A stretch of 64,000 nucleotides of DNA, taken from the NCBI GenBank assembly GCA_000934665.2, contig KZ538407.1, positions 1 to 64,000 on the forward strand, in the 5' to 3' direction. This stretch comes from Catajapyx aquilonaris (lineage: Eukaryota). Below, piece by piece: positions 49,004 through 63,191 of this stretch. How positions within the stretch are numbered: position 1 is the first letter of the stretch; each line of letters starts with the position of its first letter. The notes beneath the pieces are model-generated. The model made no database searches. It was not told the DNA's origin and saw nothing but the letters and a program-made list of their open reading frames with translations. The translations under genes were made by a program, and so were the position numbers.

Positions 49004-52000
49004 TGAAATTAAGTAATGTACTGTATTAAATCCGACAGACATGTCTCATTATGGCCTTCACTTGGCATACAATGTCTCAGGGTGCGTACACCCGACGTGT
49101 CTCGCTGTATGTCCTAGTGCTCATCGTGTCCCATGGTTATCGATGCTTCGAAGGTCAGAAGGTGAGAGGAAGGGTTCGAAAAAGGCATCCGGATATAAGG
49201 CAGGGTGCGAGGGTGGATTCAGAGAGTGTTGTGAGATGACCCCGAACATTGTTCCCCAGGTTAGCCTACGTCGTATTATTGTGACAAAATAAGTCTCGAC
49301 CTAGGTAGGCGGCTAAGTGACACTCATTTCTACTAACGAATTGTCAATACTGTCAACATACGTATGGCAATGTATGCAACTATGTCAATGTACACATGGC
49401 AAGGGGTATTATTTCTCGTGTGCACTTGGGCTGTGTGTGTGTATGTACCCCGCCCGTAACTATCTACTGTTCTCTCTACACGTGCAATGCTTCATGGCAT
49501 GCATTATTTATATGGTGTACCTTTTTTTAAAAAATCTGGTCAAGTTGGTATGTCCAGCTTTTGAGCTAATCTTGAAAATAATAGGGGTGAACGTCCATGT
49601 CTCAAGTCCCAGGTGTCTGGGTCGTCAATGATTTGTCTGGATGATGATGACAGTAGTGATGAAGTCCACACGGTGTAGTATTATCATCTGCAGCACACAT
49701 TTCTGCTGGATTTAAATAAAAGAAATCAGTACATTGGCAATGTAAAAAAAATTGAGTCAATAAATTAGTATTAGACAACATGAAGTGAATGACAGTTTTG
49801 TGTCAAGTCCCAGGTTGTGTGCCTCCTCTGCTCTTTCTTTTGCCAAATTCGTGCCGGATAAAATTCAGCACTAATTTCGAGGCACATTGTAATCGCAAAA
49901 TCACATAAAACGAATGCGAGTGAGAATGTTGAACACTCGAGAGGTCTCACTGTCAAGCGTGGTATTTTGCAATGTGACCTAACCATGATTGGCCTCTCAG
50001 TTTACGGATAAAAGCTGACGTCACAACAACGCGATGCACTTGTCAGGCTGAAAAACTCTGCAGCCAGCCCGTAATAATTACAAACTTGGAAACATCTGTA
50101 CTTATTATTTACACTACCTGCAACGCTTCAACAATAAAAACGCATACAACAATTAATACTGTAGCGACACCTCCGCAGCCATCAGTTCTCTGGCTAACGT
50201 TTCAATCACCATACAAGCAAGCGCAACAAAAGCAATGTACATCCTCTGGGTGCGGCTGGTCCAAACAATGAGCGGGCTCCGGATTGTTGGAGGCCCATTG
50301 TTGCAGTCGGAGGGTTTTGGACGCCCTGGTTTGTAGCGGATGCCTCTTCGTGTTTCGATGCGGAACCGTCTGAGAGCAAAAAAGTGGTGCAATTCAGATT
50401 AACCATACTCGACATATATTTATTAATTTATGGCCATAATATTTTTAATATTATATATTTTTAAAAGTCAGCAATTTGCCTCAAATTGCACTGGAAAAAA
50501 AAATCCCTCATGCCTATGTGTGCTCGTAAAAAAATTACCTGTGGGTTGAGCAGATGCATGTCTCATCTTACCGGGGCGGCCCCCCCACCTATTCCGCCCC
50601 GGGGCCGCCCAGGGGCCGACCACGAGGCAAACAACAGGTGCAGACACGATCACGAGGACTAAAGTACATGTGGCTTCCGACAGATGGCGCTGGTGCCTTA
50701 CGTACTATCCTATTGGTTAAAACAGGCTGGTCCCGCTCTCCTATTGGTCAAACTAGGACATGTAAACAAAGCGTGCGGTTTACACAATCTAGTTATCATG
50801 CGGCGTTGCCACATTGTCAGTTTGGCGCCAAAATTATGAATTCCTTGTTCTCTCTTGAATAAATCGGGGTTTTGGACCGCGTTTCGACCGCGTTCATAGT
50901 GTGGCATCTAGAAACCCTTTTTGGAACAAAATGCACAGCAGGACATCTCCAGCCAGGCGCGCATTCTGGCAATTAGTAGACCCAATCAACGGAGGTCATG
51001 AATCTTCATTCCCCTGCTCGGATGGCCTGCTGCTCCGCACTTCATGCCTCTTAATCTCCACCCCAGATTTATTGTCCGCACCTCACAGATATTATTACAT
51101 TGCCTCTGGTGGGTCGCAGACGAACAAAAATATACACAGTGTAGTTGGTAAAACTGTGCACGCAAAAAATATTAGCTGGTGATTTGTGTATAGGACCCCC
51201 TGTAGGGGCACCCATTAATTATCTCCCAGATATCTCAAAAACGGGTGTCCCTGAAGCATCATCGTAAGTGAAAAATAACAACAGTACAGTGTATCAACAG
51301 TGGGGGGTAATCAGTACTCGGAAACACTAAACAAGTCAGGTCAGGTAAAGCCAGATTACAGCTAGGGGGGGGGGGGGGNTCCAAATTCGTAATTAATTGC
51401 TGATAGTGTCGTCGCCGAATGGGCCAGGAGACAATTGATAACAAATATAACTGCTGTTAATGGCCACCCCTTTTTAAATAAACCGCCAGTTACGATCTAA
51501 CTGTAGCTTACAGCATATTGAAGTTAACTGGCGGTTAGTAAAGTTTGCTCAAATAAAATGGGGGCAATCCCATGCTCTCTCTCTATTTTTTTTCTCTAAA
51601 ATGTCGATGAGCATTTAACTAATTAAATCTTTCCGCTAATTTGACATGACGTATGATTAGTTAACACAAACTAATGACGCTTAATTATTAGCGCTAGTTG
51701 GTGATTAAACGCTCACGCGTGTAATTAATTAATGATAAACCCCATGTAAAATTCGCTGGTTTATCCGATGCCTGGATAAATAACATTATATCCCCCCCCT
51801 CCAAATACAACGTTTCCCGGTCATCAACATTGTAATAGTTTGATAGGTTTTCGTGTGTAAACTTTTGGCTAAATGATGTTGCCGGGACTCGGGTATTTCA
51901 AGTAACAAACTAATCTCCTTATTCTGTCTGTCCACAAGTTTGTTCGTGTCGACTGTGTAGTTTTACCCCACTTCAATGGAGGCGAGACACCAGACACGCC

Positions 52001-53304
52001 TGGTTATAGCCAACCTGATGGGCTTTTTCCGCGCGGTGACTCATCACCAACGTGCATGTAGTACTACTTTCCCCCTAAGCACGGCAGTAGTGTGCAGAGT
52101 GGTGCAGAGCATATGCGCCATCTGGTAGTGGCATATGTACTACGTCCAAGTGGGGGTGATAGGCCAGACAGGGTTGCCAAAGTGTCAGCTACTATTTAAA
52201 ACGTCCAGACTGCGAAATGCTCCATGTCAAACCATCCACTCCGCGGAGAGGTCGTTTTCAAAACGACCAGACCCCGAAATGCTCTTTTAAAAAAAGACGA
52301 GAACGCTTTCCTGGACTACGTTAGTTCAACTACATACGTACAATATATTATGCTGGTGTACTTCTCAGCATTTGTGAACCTGTAGTCATGATTGTGAAAG
52401 TGGCTCGTCTATATTACGTGAGAGGAAAACTTGAAGGACTCGACCTGAAAACGTGCCTTTCTGGACACTTCAAAAATCTTGCGCACATTCAAGGTTAACA
52501 GAGAAAGCGATGCGCACATGTAGTTCGTGAATGTTCCAGCTGCACAGAAACGTGCTGATTTCAATATAGTATTGTTTAAGATTTTGATAAAATCGTGTCT
52601 ATTGTCGTCTCTGATTAATCTCTCGCAGAGTTTGAGTTTCTATATCACATCAGCACTGAAAGTTTGTGACAATGCGACAGACTTCCAGTCCAACGAAGTC
52701 AGATCCGGGAATATAAGCGAGGAAAGAAGAAGAAGAAGAAGAAGAAGAAGAAAAAAAAAGTGTGGAGGAAAAGAAAATGGGTCTTTGGAAGTTGAAAATC
52801 GCAGTGCACGGTAAAGTGATTCTTAATTACGCAATTTCCGGCTTCCCAATCATTCCCTTCTCTCACTGATAGAAAATGCTCGTCAACATCTTCGCAACCC
52901 AATGGATGCTGGATGGATTTAGCATACTCAAACCAAGCTCGTGCGACAGCCCGACTCATAGAATTGGCTCGACTTTGTCGGTCCATCTATATGGGATTTT
53001 TTTCTGGGTATTTAAAACGAGCACAACCCAGTGCGCACGTCAGTTCGCGCAGCTTGCAGGGTTTGAATTATCAATGATAGCTGCTCTGTATTGTGGGTGT
53101 ACTGGTAAATAAGCACTGCATACGTATTTCCAACGCTACCGAATATAATGACCGACGTTGTTGGAACTTGGAACGAACTTGAGTGGCTATGGACGTGAAT
53201 TCGGCTCCTGAGGTGTAACTCTGGCAACGTTGTTGACGGAACAATGGACCTGCGCGAGTGTGGGTGCGCACTCCGTTGCGCTCGCAAAAAATATTCATGT
53301 ATGC

Positions 53305-53454
53305 AGTCCGTTAAACCAAAGAATGATATGACGTCACGTCCAGACCCGCCTCCACCCGGCTCTTTTCTCCTAACACGTCATAATGCTTAAAAAACATATC
53401 ATGCTTAAAAACACGGCTGGCGTGACGTCATATCGTTCTTTGGTTTAACGCACT
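53305..53454. mobile_element. Hairpin MITE (CGTTAAACCAAAGAA.GATATGACGTCACG termini)
   Basis: About 35-bp inverted termini. Confidence 0.7.
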
Positions 53455-53460
53455 TTCATT

Positions 53461-54181
53461 AAAAAGCTTGGGTGGAATGTTCGTCCCACTGCTAGTTACT
53501 TCTAACTTAGCAGTACCATTGCCAACACTGGTACTTCTAAAGTAACTATCAGTGGGACGAAAATGCCACCCCTAGTACTCCACTAAGGGTAGTCCGTGTA
53601 TCATGGCTCATGCGAGCGATTTGATCGGCGATGTTGCATCGATGTCATCGCTGAGCAAGTCGCTGAGCGATGAAGCCAATATTGTTTGGGGCCGAATATA
53701 CATTCTTGCTTTCGCTCGGCGATGACATCGATGCAACATCGCCGATCAAATCGCTCGCATGAGCCATGATACACGGACTACCCTTAGTGAATAACCCCTC
53801 GGTACAACAGTGCTAGGGGTAGAATTTTCGTATCACCACTCTTGGTATCACTGATGGTTACTGCTAACTTAGCAGTGCCAGTGTTGCCAATGGTACTGCT
53901 AGGTACTAGCAGTGGGTAGGGCTGTGCGATATCTGAAATTGCATATCGACTTGCAATATTCATAAAATATCGCATCGTAGTCTATATATCGAAAATCGGA
54001 AAACCGACATCGGACCGACATCGAACAATATCGAAAACCGACATCGCGATATTCGATACAACGCACATGCCAAGCGTCGGATATCGCAACTTCGATATTA
54101 GGAAAATATCGACAGTCGATGTATCAAAATATCGCACAGCCCGAGTCTCAGTGGGACGAAAATTCCATGCAAGCCTTTTAA
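53461..54181. mobile_element. Nested MITE cluster: outer inverted-repeat element interrupted by 53584-53786 (TAAGGGTAGTCCGTG TIR) and 53917-54144 (TAGGGCTGTGCGATAT, hAT-like)
   Basis: Inner element has ~70-bp near-perfect arms. The hAT-like element is flanked by duplicated CAGTGGG. Outer arms TTCGTCCCACTG / CAGTGGGACGAA. Confidence 0.75.
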
Positions 54182-54499
54182 AGTCCGCTAAACCGAGCGC
54201 ATGCGCATCGGGGGACGTGATAGGAGGGAAGAGCTGGGTGGAGGCGAGTCTGAACGTCGCATCAGAACTGGAGGCGCCACGATCAGCTTGCTACAAAAGA
54301 GCGAACCAAAGTGATGAATTCTTGTGCCGCCATCAGCTCGCGGCGCCACCGGCAATGTGGAGAGACGGGTGGCGCCATCTGTGTGATGCAAATGCAACTA
54401 TATACACGATGTGAGCGCCATCTATGTTGTGCATATGCTACCAAGTGATATGTAGGCGCCATCTATGCGACGTGTGCGGTAGCACGTTGTGTATAGGCG

Positions 54500-54602
54500 G
54501 GCTGTTTGAGTGATTACAAAGTGTTGGTGTGACTATCCCCGGCTGTGTAGAGGCGCCGGGTGTGTGTGCGTGGCTGGGTACGAGCTTGGTTGGGGGAGGC
54601 AG

Positions 54603-54644
<42 letters not shown>

Positions 54645-55058
54645 TGGAGAGAGTGGAGGGTGGGCCATTGGCTTTTGTGCTCTCTCTCTCTCTCTCTCCC
54701 CCTCTCTTCGGTCCCTCTCCTCCTCTTTCCTCCTCCTGTGTGCTGCTTCCCCCATCCGCCATTACAGTGTCTGTCTGCTCTGCCTCCTGTCAGGTTCTCT
54801 CCTTTGGGCTCTGGACCGGGAGGAAACATCATCACCGAGGAGGAGGAGGACAACCAAGTGTGTGCCGGGTGCTGCTGTCTTTTGGTGTTGTCTGTTGGGG
54901 GTGGAGGTGGGGGTTGTGGGCTGGCCCAGGGGCTGGCCCCCGGGCTAAAAGGGGGGTGGGGAAGTGGGGGCGGGCCGGGAGTGTGCGCGCCCCGGGGGGG
55001 TGCTGACTGCCTGGGAGACTTCAACGCCGGACGGACCATGGGCCGCCCCAGGGCTCCA
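54500..55058 (+). other. Candidate first exon of a large downstream gene (5'UTR with (CAGG)n and (CT)n; possible start MGRPRAP at 55038)
   Basis: GC-rich promoter-like tract ending in a strong donor CCA|gtaagt, with ACCATGG context at 55038. No downstream coding exon recognised in the window. Confidence 0.35.
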
Positions 55059-56919
55059 GTAAGTACAACACATTGACCTTGGTACAGACGCCGGCGCTAC
55101 AAAATTGGCATGTTTCAAACTAAGAGGGTATCCAACTATAGACAAAAAAAAATCCCACGAGTAGTAACGATTCGCTGGCATTTTAATTGGCGGATTTTCG
55201 GTCCTGTACTGGCCTGGTTTTTAGGCTCCCACCGCCCCTTCCACCCTGTTCCTCGCATTGTTTGCGTCACGATCGATGCGGTGCCCATCACCAGGTGATA
55301 TGCAGATAGAGTCATATGTATCCAGATATTTGGGAATATTCGGGCTGTTGAAGAAACTATGCCATAATCACGTGCAACTATGCACTTTGAAGTCGATTCA
55401 AATCGCCATGGTTGCCAACTTCTGAAGTACTGGGCACTTCAACTATACCCTGGTTCATAATATTCATACCCAATTGTGACGAAAGAAGCATAGACACACC
55501 TGCCAATCGGGTGATTGCGGTCTGCAACTATTCATTTTGAAATGAGGCTCGCATAAGTAGCCAGTGTTGCCAATATCTGAAGTACCGAATACTTCAACTA
55601 TACCCACGCACTTTTTTTTCTCTTCCTCCTGGTTGAACAATTTGGAGTGATGTAGTACCATTTCAGTTATTTTCGGTTGTCACGACGGACTGGCACAATG
55701 ATTTGTCAGTGTCGTTTTCCAATGCCTGACTAATTAAATGTACAGAGCGCACCCCCTGTGCGTACAGGGTCATACATCATGCCCGTATACACAATTTTCA
55801 AAGACACAAAGTTGGGACCAAATGTTGCAGTGCGAGTCCGATTGTTTATTGCGCTAATCGGATTTTTAAAATGCATATACAGCACGTACGCATCGCATTT
55901 CATGGAGACAACAGATAATCTGAGATTAAATACTTTCGTGTCCCCGGAATTATACGCGTTTACCATGATTAACTCGGGCTCGCACAACTTTTTTGAAAAC
56001 ACAAAAACCGGATATTTTGGGGCCGGATTGCCAAGAGTTACACGCACATGAATATAAAAGTGGGGTTGGAGAGGGGGGGGGGCTTCGGTGATTAATGAGC
56101 AAAGTAATGAGAGTACCCACTGGTGTGGTCCATTGTGCTCCAGTAAATTGGAGGCTGGTGCAATTGTCACTCCGATAACTGTGAAATTCGACACAATAGC
56201 AAATAATTATAGGTGACCGCAGTTTAAACCCCACGGGGAGGCTCCGGTTATTGTGTCCAGGGGCATACTCGCAGCATTAGCGTCCATGTCATCCGGATTT
56301 TACCTTTTTAAAAAAATTATTGTCCGATGTTCACGTGGTCCTTAAAGTGATTGTTGCGGAAATAATTCAAGCCTCTCCTGAGAGAACATTGGCATAAACA
56401 TGTTGGGGGGGCCTGCCGGATCGAGTTTCCTCTGGCAAGCCTGTGCAAAGGGCTTATTGACAAAATAAAGAGGCGTGCTGTAACGTAAGTGATCTTGTTT
56501 CATGGTTATTACTGCAAGCAGGGGGCTGCAGGATGGGTGGGCGGAAAGGGGGCTACACAAAAGCAACAGCAACAAAAGCACCCCCACCCCCCTCGAACTA
56601 ACAGCATATATGCCTCAATGATGTAGTGCGAGCCCCCCCCCCNCCCCCCCATTTCCGTATACAGAACTCGAAATGACCGAAATAGTCTCTTTCCAGCTCA
56701 CAATGCAGGAAAATGCGCGGAAAATTGCGCCGGGAATTGCGAAAAATTGGATTTTCGCAAGCCTCACTTTGCCCAGTGCGCCTACCATTTTATTTTAACA
56801 CGAATAGCAATAACAGCAACAATTAAAATGCACGTGTTGACGCCTTTGCGGAAGAAGCGGTGGTGGATTAATCACTCCGGTCGCGCATGCGCACACTAGG
56901 AATGTGGGAATGCGCATGT

Positions 56920-57310
56920 CTGCCGTCAGATGCGAGAGGACCGTAACTCAATTTATCCACTTCCCTTGCGGCGAGAAAAGAAAGCAAGTGTTACCGAAAG
57001 CATCCAAGAGGTGGCGTTGGGGGAAGGGGGGAAAAGGAACGGCATCCCAACTCCACCTGTTGGGTGCTTTTGGTACCACTGCTTTTTTTTTTCTCGCCGC
57101 AAGGGGAAGTGGACATTGAGTTACGGTCTTCTCATATCTGACGGCAGAGATGTAAGAAGACCGTAACTCAAAAAGCTAGTAAGGGTGAAAGTTGCATGCA
57201 CGCCCTGCACTAATCCCCTCTGAGTCAGGAGGGATTAGTCCAGGACATTGCATGCGACTTTCACCCTTATTGGTTTTTGAGTTACGGTCTTCTTATACAT
57301 CTGACGGCAG
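56920..57310. mobile_element. MITE family C copy (56920-57147) abutting a related MITE with the same termini but a different interior (57148-57310)
   Basis: Shared AGACCGTAACTCAA / TTGAGTTACGGTCT...CATCTGACGGCAG ends. Confidence 0.8.
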
Positions 57311-60300
57311 ATGTGCTAACTGGAATCGGCCGGTATGCGCATGCGCCGACTGGAATGAGCAATCCATCAACTTTCCTTGAGGTGTCGACTTACGAACTTT
57401 TCCACCATGTATAGGGGGCTACAGTGTGTGCTCCCCTTTCTTTTTCTCTCTACAAATAAACGGGAAGGAAAAAGGTCGACTAAGCGGGGGCCATTTAAGC
57501 TTTGCATGCGAGTGATGGCAGAAGGGGGAAGGTATATATGTATGTATACAGCAGTATGCCATTGGAATTTTTCTTTGAGGTATAGGAGCCAGCGTTTAAC
57601 AAAGAAAGGGGGGAAGTAGGAAGTGAAGCAGATTTTTGCAAGAAAGGAGTCAAAGTCCCCCCCCCCCCCTCCCCCTTCTCGTTTTTTTTTTTAGTTCTTT
57701 GGTTTTCAAAAGAAACAGGGGCAAAGGGCGGACAGAACTTTTCAAGTTGGCTCCTTTTTTTTCCGGTGCATGGAATCACTGATGGATGGCAAAAAAAGAG
57801 AGAGAGAGATCCCCCGCCATTGCATTGCACTCATTTATTTACAGTCCGGGCACAAAAGTGAGCCGCTTGCTCTGCAGTAAGAACCTGAGGTAAAAAAAAG
57901 GTTTTTGTGTGCATAGTTAGCTATATACTATCTGTAAGGCATGAGCCATGCTGTGCCTCGCCTATTATTGCCCCCGTTTAAATTTCGCTGGCGGTCACAT
58001 TAGGCCAGCTGGCGCTCCCAGTTAGTTACCCTAGGTCACGCGAAATTATCAGCTTCTCTCCCTTGCTCATAAAACCAGGCCTGCACAAGGATGGTATAGA
58101 CACTCTTCTCAGCAGAAATAGAAACCCAAAGGGCTTGGATTTCCTTAGAGTTCATGCTGGCTGGCTGTGTATATGCGGGGCAGTGTGTGATTATAATAAT
58201 TACACTTGCAGAGTACGCAGTGCTTGCAGGTGTTTGTGTGCTGGAAAAACAGTTCAGCCAAGCAAAATTTTGTGCGCCTAGTTTTGTACCTGCAGGTGTT
58301 TTTCGTGCAGCCATCCAGCAGGTAATGTCCAGGAAATATACAACACTTTTGCCCCACATATACGTGGACTATATCCAGCAGAAGGATTGTCGACGGAATA
58401 AGAGTCGTTCCAAGTGCAGAATGATTAATTTGGCGAACAGCCTAATCAGCAAGTTCTCCTTTGCAAGTCCCTGAGTGTATTTACGCGTTGCTTTTGAAGC
58501 CACTAATGAAGCTTACTTGCCATCATCGCCGGGGATCAATCCGTCATTCCTGCTGGGTGTTGTGTAGATCGATGGTGCTACTGCTGATGATGGGAGTCTG
58601 TACAGAGCTAGAGAGAACCAAACAACTACTAATTCATTCCAGCCTCCTTTTTTTTTGTAATATTGTCAAAAACAGCCGTTTATGCGCAGTGCACGAGCTT
58701 TTTCGATTACATGCGTGCTCCACCGGACATTACTTTTAGTTGCAGAATATTGCACATCGGGCTAACTAGCATTCCAAATAATTATTCATTTCACGCCGCC
58801 GTACTGTGGGGGCCCCATCAGCAAATAAATTTCCGGTAGGTCGGGCACGGTTTGTATGCATGGTCGTCAACAATTTTGATGTAGATTAATCCCAGGCCTA
58901 TATGTGTGTATACTGTACACAGTCGCAAATTTTACAGCGCTCAAGCTGTCGTGTTGCTATACACAAGCAATGGCTATTTCGAGCATTATTCGACCTGGAA
59001 ATTGAAACATCGTTGGGTGCCACAATGTATCGAGGCATAAAGAATTCCTCTCGGGAGAGGATTTCTATTCCACCTTGGCCCCTTCCAGATCACACACAAA
59101 AAAAAGGAGAAAAAAGGAAATCGCTTGGAGAGAATTTTTCCAAGGAGCAGACGATTTCCGCTTTGGTCCGCACCACAATAAAATATCAAACTTGTATGCT
59201 TTGTGTCCCGTAATTCAAAGTAAATGTAGCGCGAAAAAAGTACAAAACGCGCCAAGAAAACGACGATATCTTTTCTCTGCGCGCTTCTTTTTGTTGTTGT
59301 TACCAGTTTCGCTTTCTTCTTTTTCTTCTTCTTCTTCATTCGCTTCCATTAGATTTATTTTTAAATGGGTCCTGTGGGGTTGGTGCTGCTGGGTTGGAAA
59401 TGGAGCAGAAGAGGACCCAATTCCCAGAAGATTCTCCCACTATAGTTCCTCCCATTTTCACACGCAGTTGAGGGAAATATCAGGCCGCGCACTTTAGTGC
59501 GAATCTCCAAGATTAGTTTTTTTTTGTGGGGAGGGTCTCTTTCCCACTTTGCAATTTTGCACAGAATTGGCGTCTTGTCTTAAGCATCTGGGGGGAAAAA
59601 AAAATATCCGCACCATTGGTTTCTGGAGAAAAGATTCGGACAAACCAACTCTATAGCAATGTGAAGGCTGTTTGTTTACATTTAGGTCACTACTAGTGAA
59701 CCCGTTGCCAAAATTTGGCAAGACCAGTATGACCATGACATGCGATGGTCCACCGATTTACCACTTAGTGCTATTCGTAACGCACAGATGGCGCAGATGC
59801 ACACTCCTGCCACCCTCAGGTCGTGGCAAGAGTCGGACAAATATCAGACGGAGAGAATAAGCCTTTTAGGAAAATTATTTGTCCGAGACGTTCTTGTATA
59901 AAAAAATACACGTAACAGTAGGTTGATTAAGTGCGGCGTGATATCTCATGACAGGGTTGGATCATGGCATTTTGGGCGGTTTTGCTTACTTAACATCACA
60001 TGTAGCGTGTTCGCACACATTACAGGGTGATCCATAAGGTTTGTGCAAATGCTGTGGGGGCCGTTGTAGGGCTGGTATGGCAACGATTTATGTTCCCAGA
60101 CGGCCTGTTCTTTACCTTTGCATAAGTGCGGGCGTGTAAGCAAAGGCGGAGAAAGGAAGTGTTGTCGGCGCCTATAAATCCAGTGCATTACCCAGCCTCA
60201 AACTATTCTAGGTATTTTCCCTACTGGTTCTAACCCAAAGTACGAATGTGACTCCGGAGGCGGCCAAAGTCAGTCTGCTTTATTGCCTCATTAGTTTTGA

Positions 60301-63044
60301 GGAAGTCTCGTCGTGCGCACTAGGCCTCCCTATTAAGATTTTCCTTCAGGACGTTTGACAAGCCCAAAAACCGGCCATTCATCACCATGGGGGCATTCCG
60401 GGGATACCTTCGGGTTTTCTGTCCGTCTGCATCGGAGGACTGCACACAGGACAAGACGGATGGCTGCTGCGTGGGAGAGGAGGTACACATGTTTCGAGAC
60501 CGGAGTATTTTTTGGAGAATTCTTGTGATGGTGATTGATGCCACTCTGCTGCTGGGGGTGTTCCCCCTCAAAAAAATGGCTTGGGAAGCACTGAAGCGAT
60601 TGGACACCCTGTAGCTGGCCAATAGACAGGAGGAGTCCATATGGGGAAAGCTTTCCTGTGTTCCTGTCGCCGGCTAACACAATCGGCGTCAGGAAAGCAA
60701 GCTGCGCCTCACATATTTCGTCCCGGATTCTTCTCTCTGTTGCGCTCCGGACTTTGTGCTCTCTTTTTCTTTCTCCGGGGTTTTTCCACGCCCCACCAAA
60801 TCGAGTTAGACAAAACTAGTTCGTTTCTCCATTTGCACCTCGCAGCAAAGTGCGTCACTCTCACTTCACTATATTACACGGCATCAAGTAAGAGCGGCAG
60901 GCAGTCTAGTAGACGCCCGCCGCCAGAAGCAGCAGACACTCTCATCCTAAATGCAATATCCTACTTCCCAATTGTGTCATTCTCACCGTGTATATATACT
61001 CCACTCTAGAGGGGCTCTCCAAAGAACATTTCTAATTCAGGTACACGCCTTGTATATATACGCTGCTCTGTTGTTGTTTCGTTGCTTTCCAGGTAAATCC
61101 GAAGTGTTGCTGCTGGGAGAAAATACCTTGCCTGTTCGACTCTGTGGGGGAGCCCCCACAGCAGGTAGTGAGCCTAATTGGTTTGTAAGTTGGCGTGACA
61201 AGTAAGCAAATAGGTTGTGAGTCCCAAGAGGTGTATAGGGGGAGAGAAAAAAAAGGTCGACCAGATGTTTCCCCCGGATTTATTCTTTTCAGTCGCGTCT
61301 GCTGCCCATAGGGGCCGCATTTATATCCCGAAAATGAGAATGCTTAGAACTTTCACCTCTGGACTGGACAAGAGTGGTGTTGGTTCCTTTTTGTCCATGG
61401 CAGCAAGCCCCGCTGGCAGCAGCTTCTTTTGAGCCATTGCATCCTATACACAACAGTATACAGCCCCCCACCCACCTTAAAAAAAAAACACACATCTCAA
61501 AAGGCTCTTCCAGGATTGCCGTCCCTATGCGCAGGTCCGGGCAGCGTAATGAATCCGGCGACATATAAAGCAGCTTTAGAATGTTGTTGTTGTTTTTTGG
61601 GAATATCGACCCTGTTCTTCTTTTGAAGCATCGATCAACATTCGAGCTATATATAAAAAAAAGTACGGGGAGTGATGAATATTTGACCCGACGATACCTC
61701 CTGTTGTCAGGAGCCCCCGTTTTTGTGATGACGTGTAATACACCCGTGCTCTCTGGATGTGTACATAAAACGTGGCTTCGAAATGTAAGCTTGAAAAATG
61801 GATGCGCTTTTACTGTTCCGTCTGATGCTGTACATGGAGAGAGCACTTTCTCCAGGGAAGCGTAACCCTTGCAAAATTCATCGCGTAATAAGAAGCATGT
61901 GTGTGTGGCCAGTCATTTGCATTCCGAACATTTCATGCTCCCTTGCATAAGTCAGATCAAATTTGAAGCCGTCTCTTATATAGTATATGGCTGCTAGGGA
62001 AGGCTGGATAAGTGCGCCAGTAAGCAAATTGGACGTGTGACGGACGGGACGTCGACAGATACTGTACTTAATTCGTGGAAGAATAATCTCTCCTGTCGTT
62101 ATCCATTGCTGGCTGCTGCAGGGATGGCCTAACTCCTAGGAAAGGACCAGAATATCTGAAAGGTGCTGCCGCTGAAAAGAGAAAATAAGAGAGAGAGAAG
62201 TCTCCAATTTAAGCTGGAAGAGCTGGAGTTGACAGTGTAAAGCGATGTGGAACGAGCTCGGATTTGAAAAAAGCAGCGGTTGGTGCGCAACTCTGATCAA
62301 GAATCATTTTTGTTTGCAGGGAATGCACCGCGACCTGTACAGGTGCGGCGATTGTCTAACTTTTGTGTGTGTGTGTATGTTTCGTGAACTGTCGATGCAG
62401 CATCAACTCCAGCAGACTCTCCTAAATTGATTTTTGTCGCCCCCCCCTCCTCTTCCAACCCTGTGTGCTGGAGGCGACATAGCGAGAGATTGCCTGCGTG
62501 CCATTCGGCCGATGCTGCACTGCCAAGTGTTTACTGACGACCACCTTCTTCCGCCCAGAGAGGGGGAGGGACAACTTTTTAACCAACTGCAAAAATCCGT
62601 GGTGTACAGCAGAACTGAATGTTTGGTCCTGATATATAACTCTCTGGTTTAGGTTAGTCCGCATCACCTCTCCTGGGCTTGGATTTTGTTGTTCGCAGCC
62701 GAAATTTCCGGGTCCGCCATCCGAGCGAGCCCCTGCGGAATGAAATGGCATTCAGTTTGCATGAATTAGTGGCAGGCCAGAGACTCTGGCTGGCATGGCG
62801 GTGCTCTGCTCTTGCTCTGATGTAGAAGGGATTCCATCGAGGGAAAGGGGGGGGGGGTGTTCATATCGGGTCCTCCCCCACCACCACAAAATGTCCTGAC
62901 AGACTTCATAAGCATTCTAAGAGGCTTCCCATTTAAAGGAAGTGCTCTTCAATTATGCCTGAATGCATAATTTTATTAGGGGGCATCAGCTAGACCTCTC
63001 TCTGTGTTTTGGCCCCACCTCGTCTACCGGGATCACTATGGAAG

Positions 63045-63191
63045 ATACACACCCTTCTTCGGGTAAAAGCTTTGCAAACGACAGCGTATCATCCAGCAGC
63101 CAATGGCCTTGTAGAAAGGTTTAACCGTACTCTATGTGATATGCTAAGTCACTATGTAGACACAAATCACATGAACTGGGACAGGGAACTG
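63045..63191 (+). pseudogene. Ty3/Gypsy-type LTR retrotransposon integrase core fragment
   Basis: TTAYHPAANGLVERFNRTLCDMLSHYVD...NWD, the region around the catalytic Glu of rve integrases. Flanks show no recognisable pol. Confidence 0.85.
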
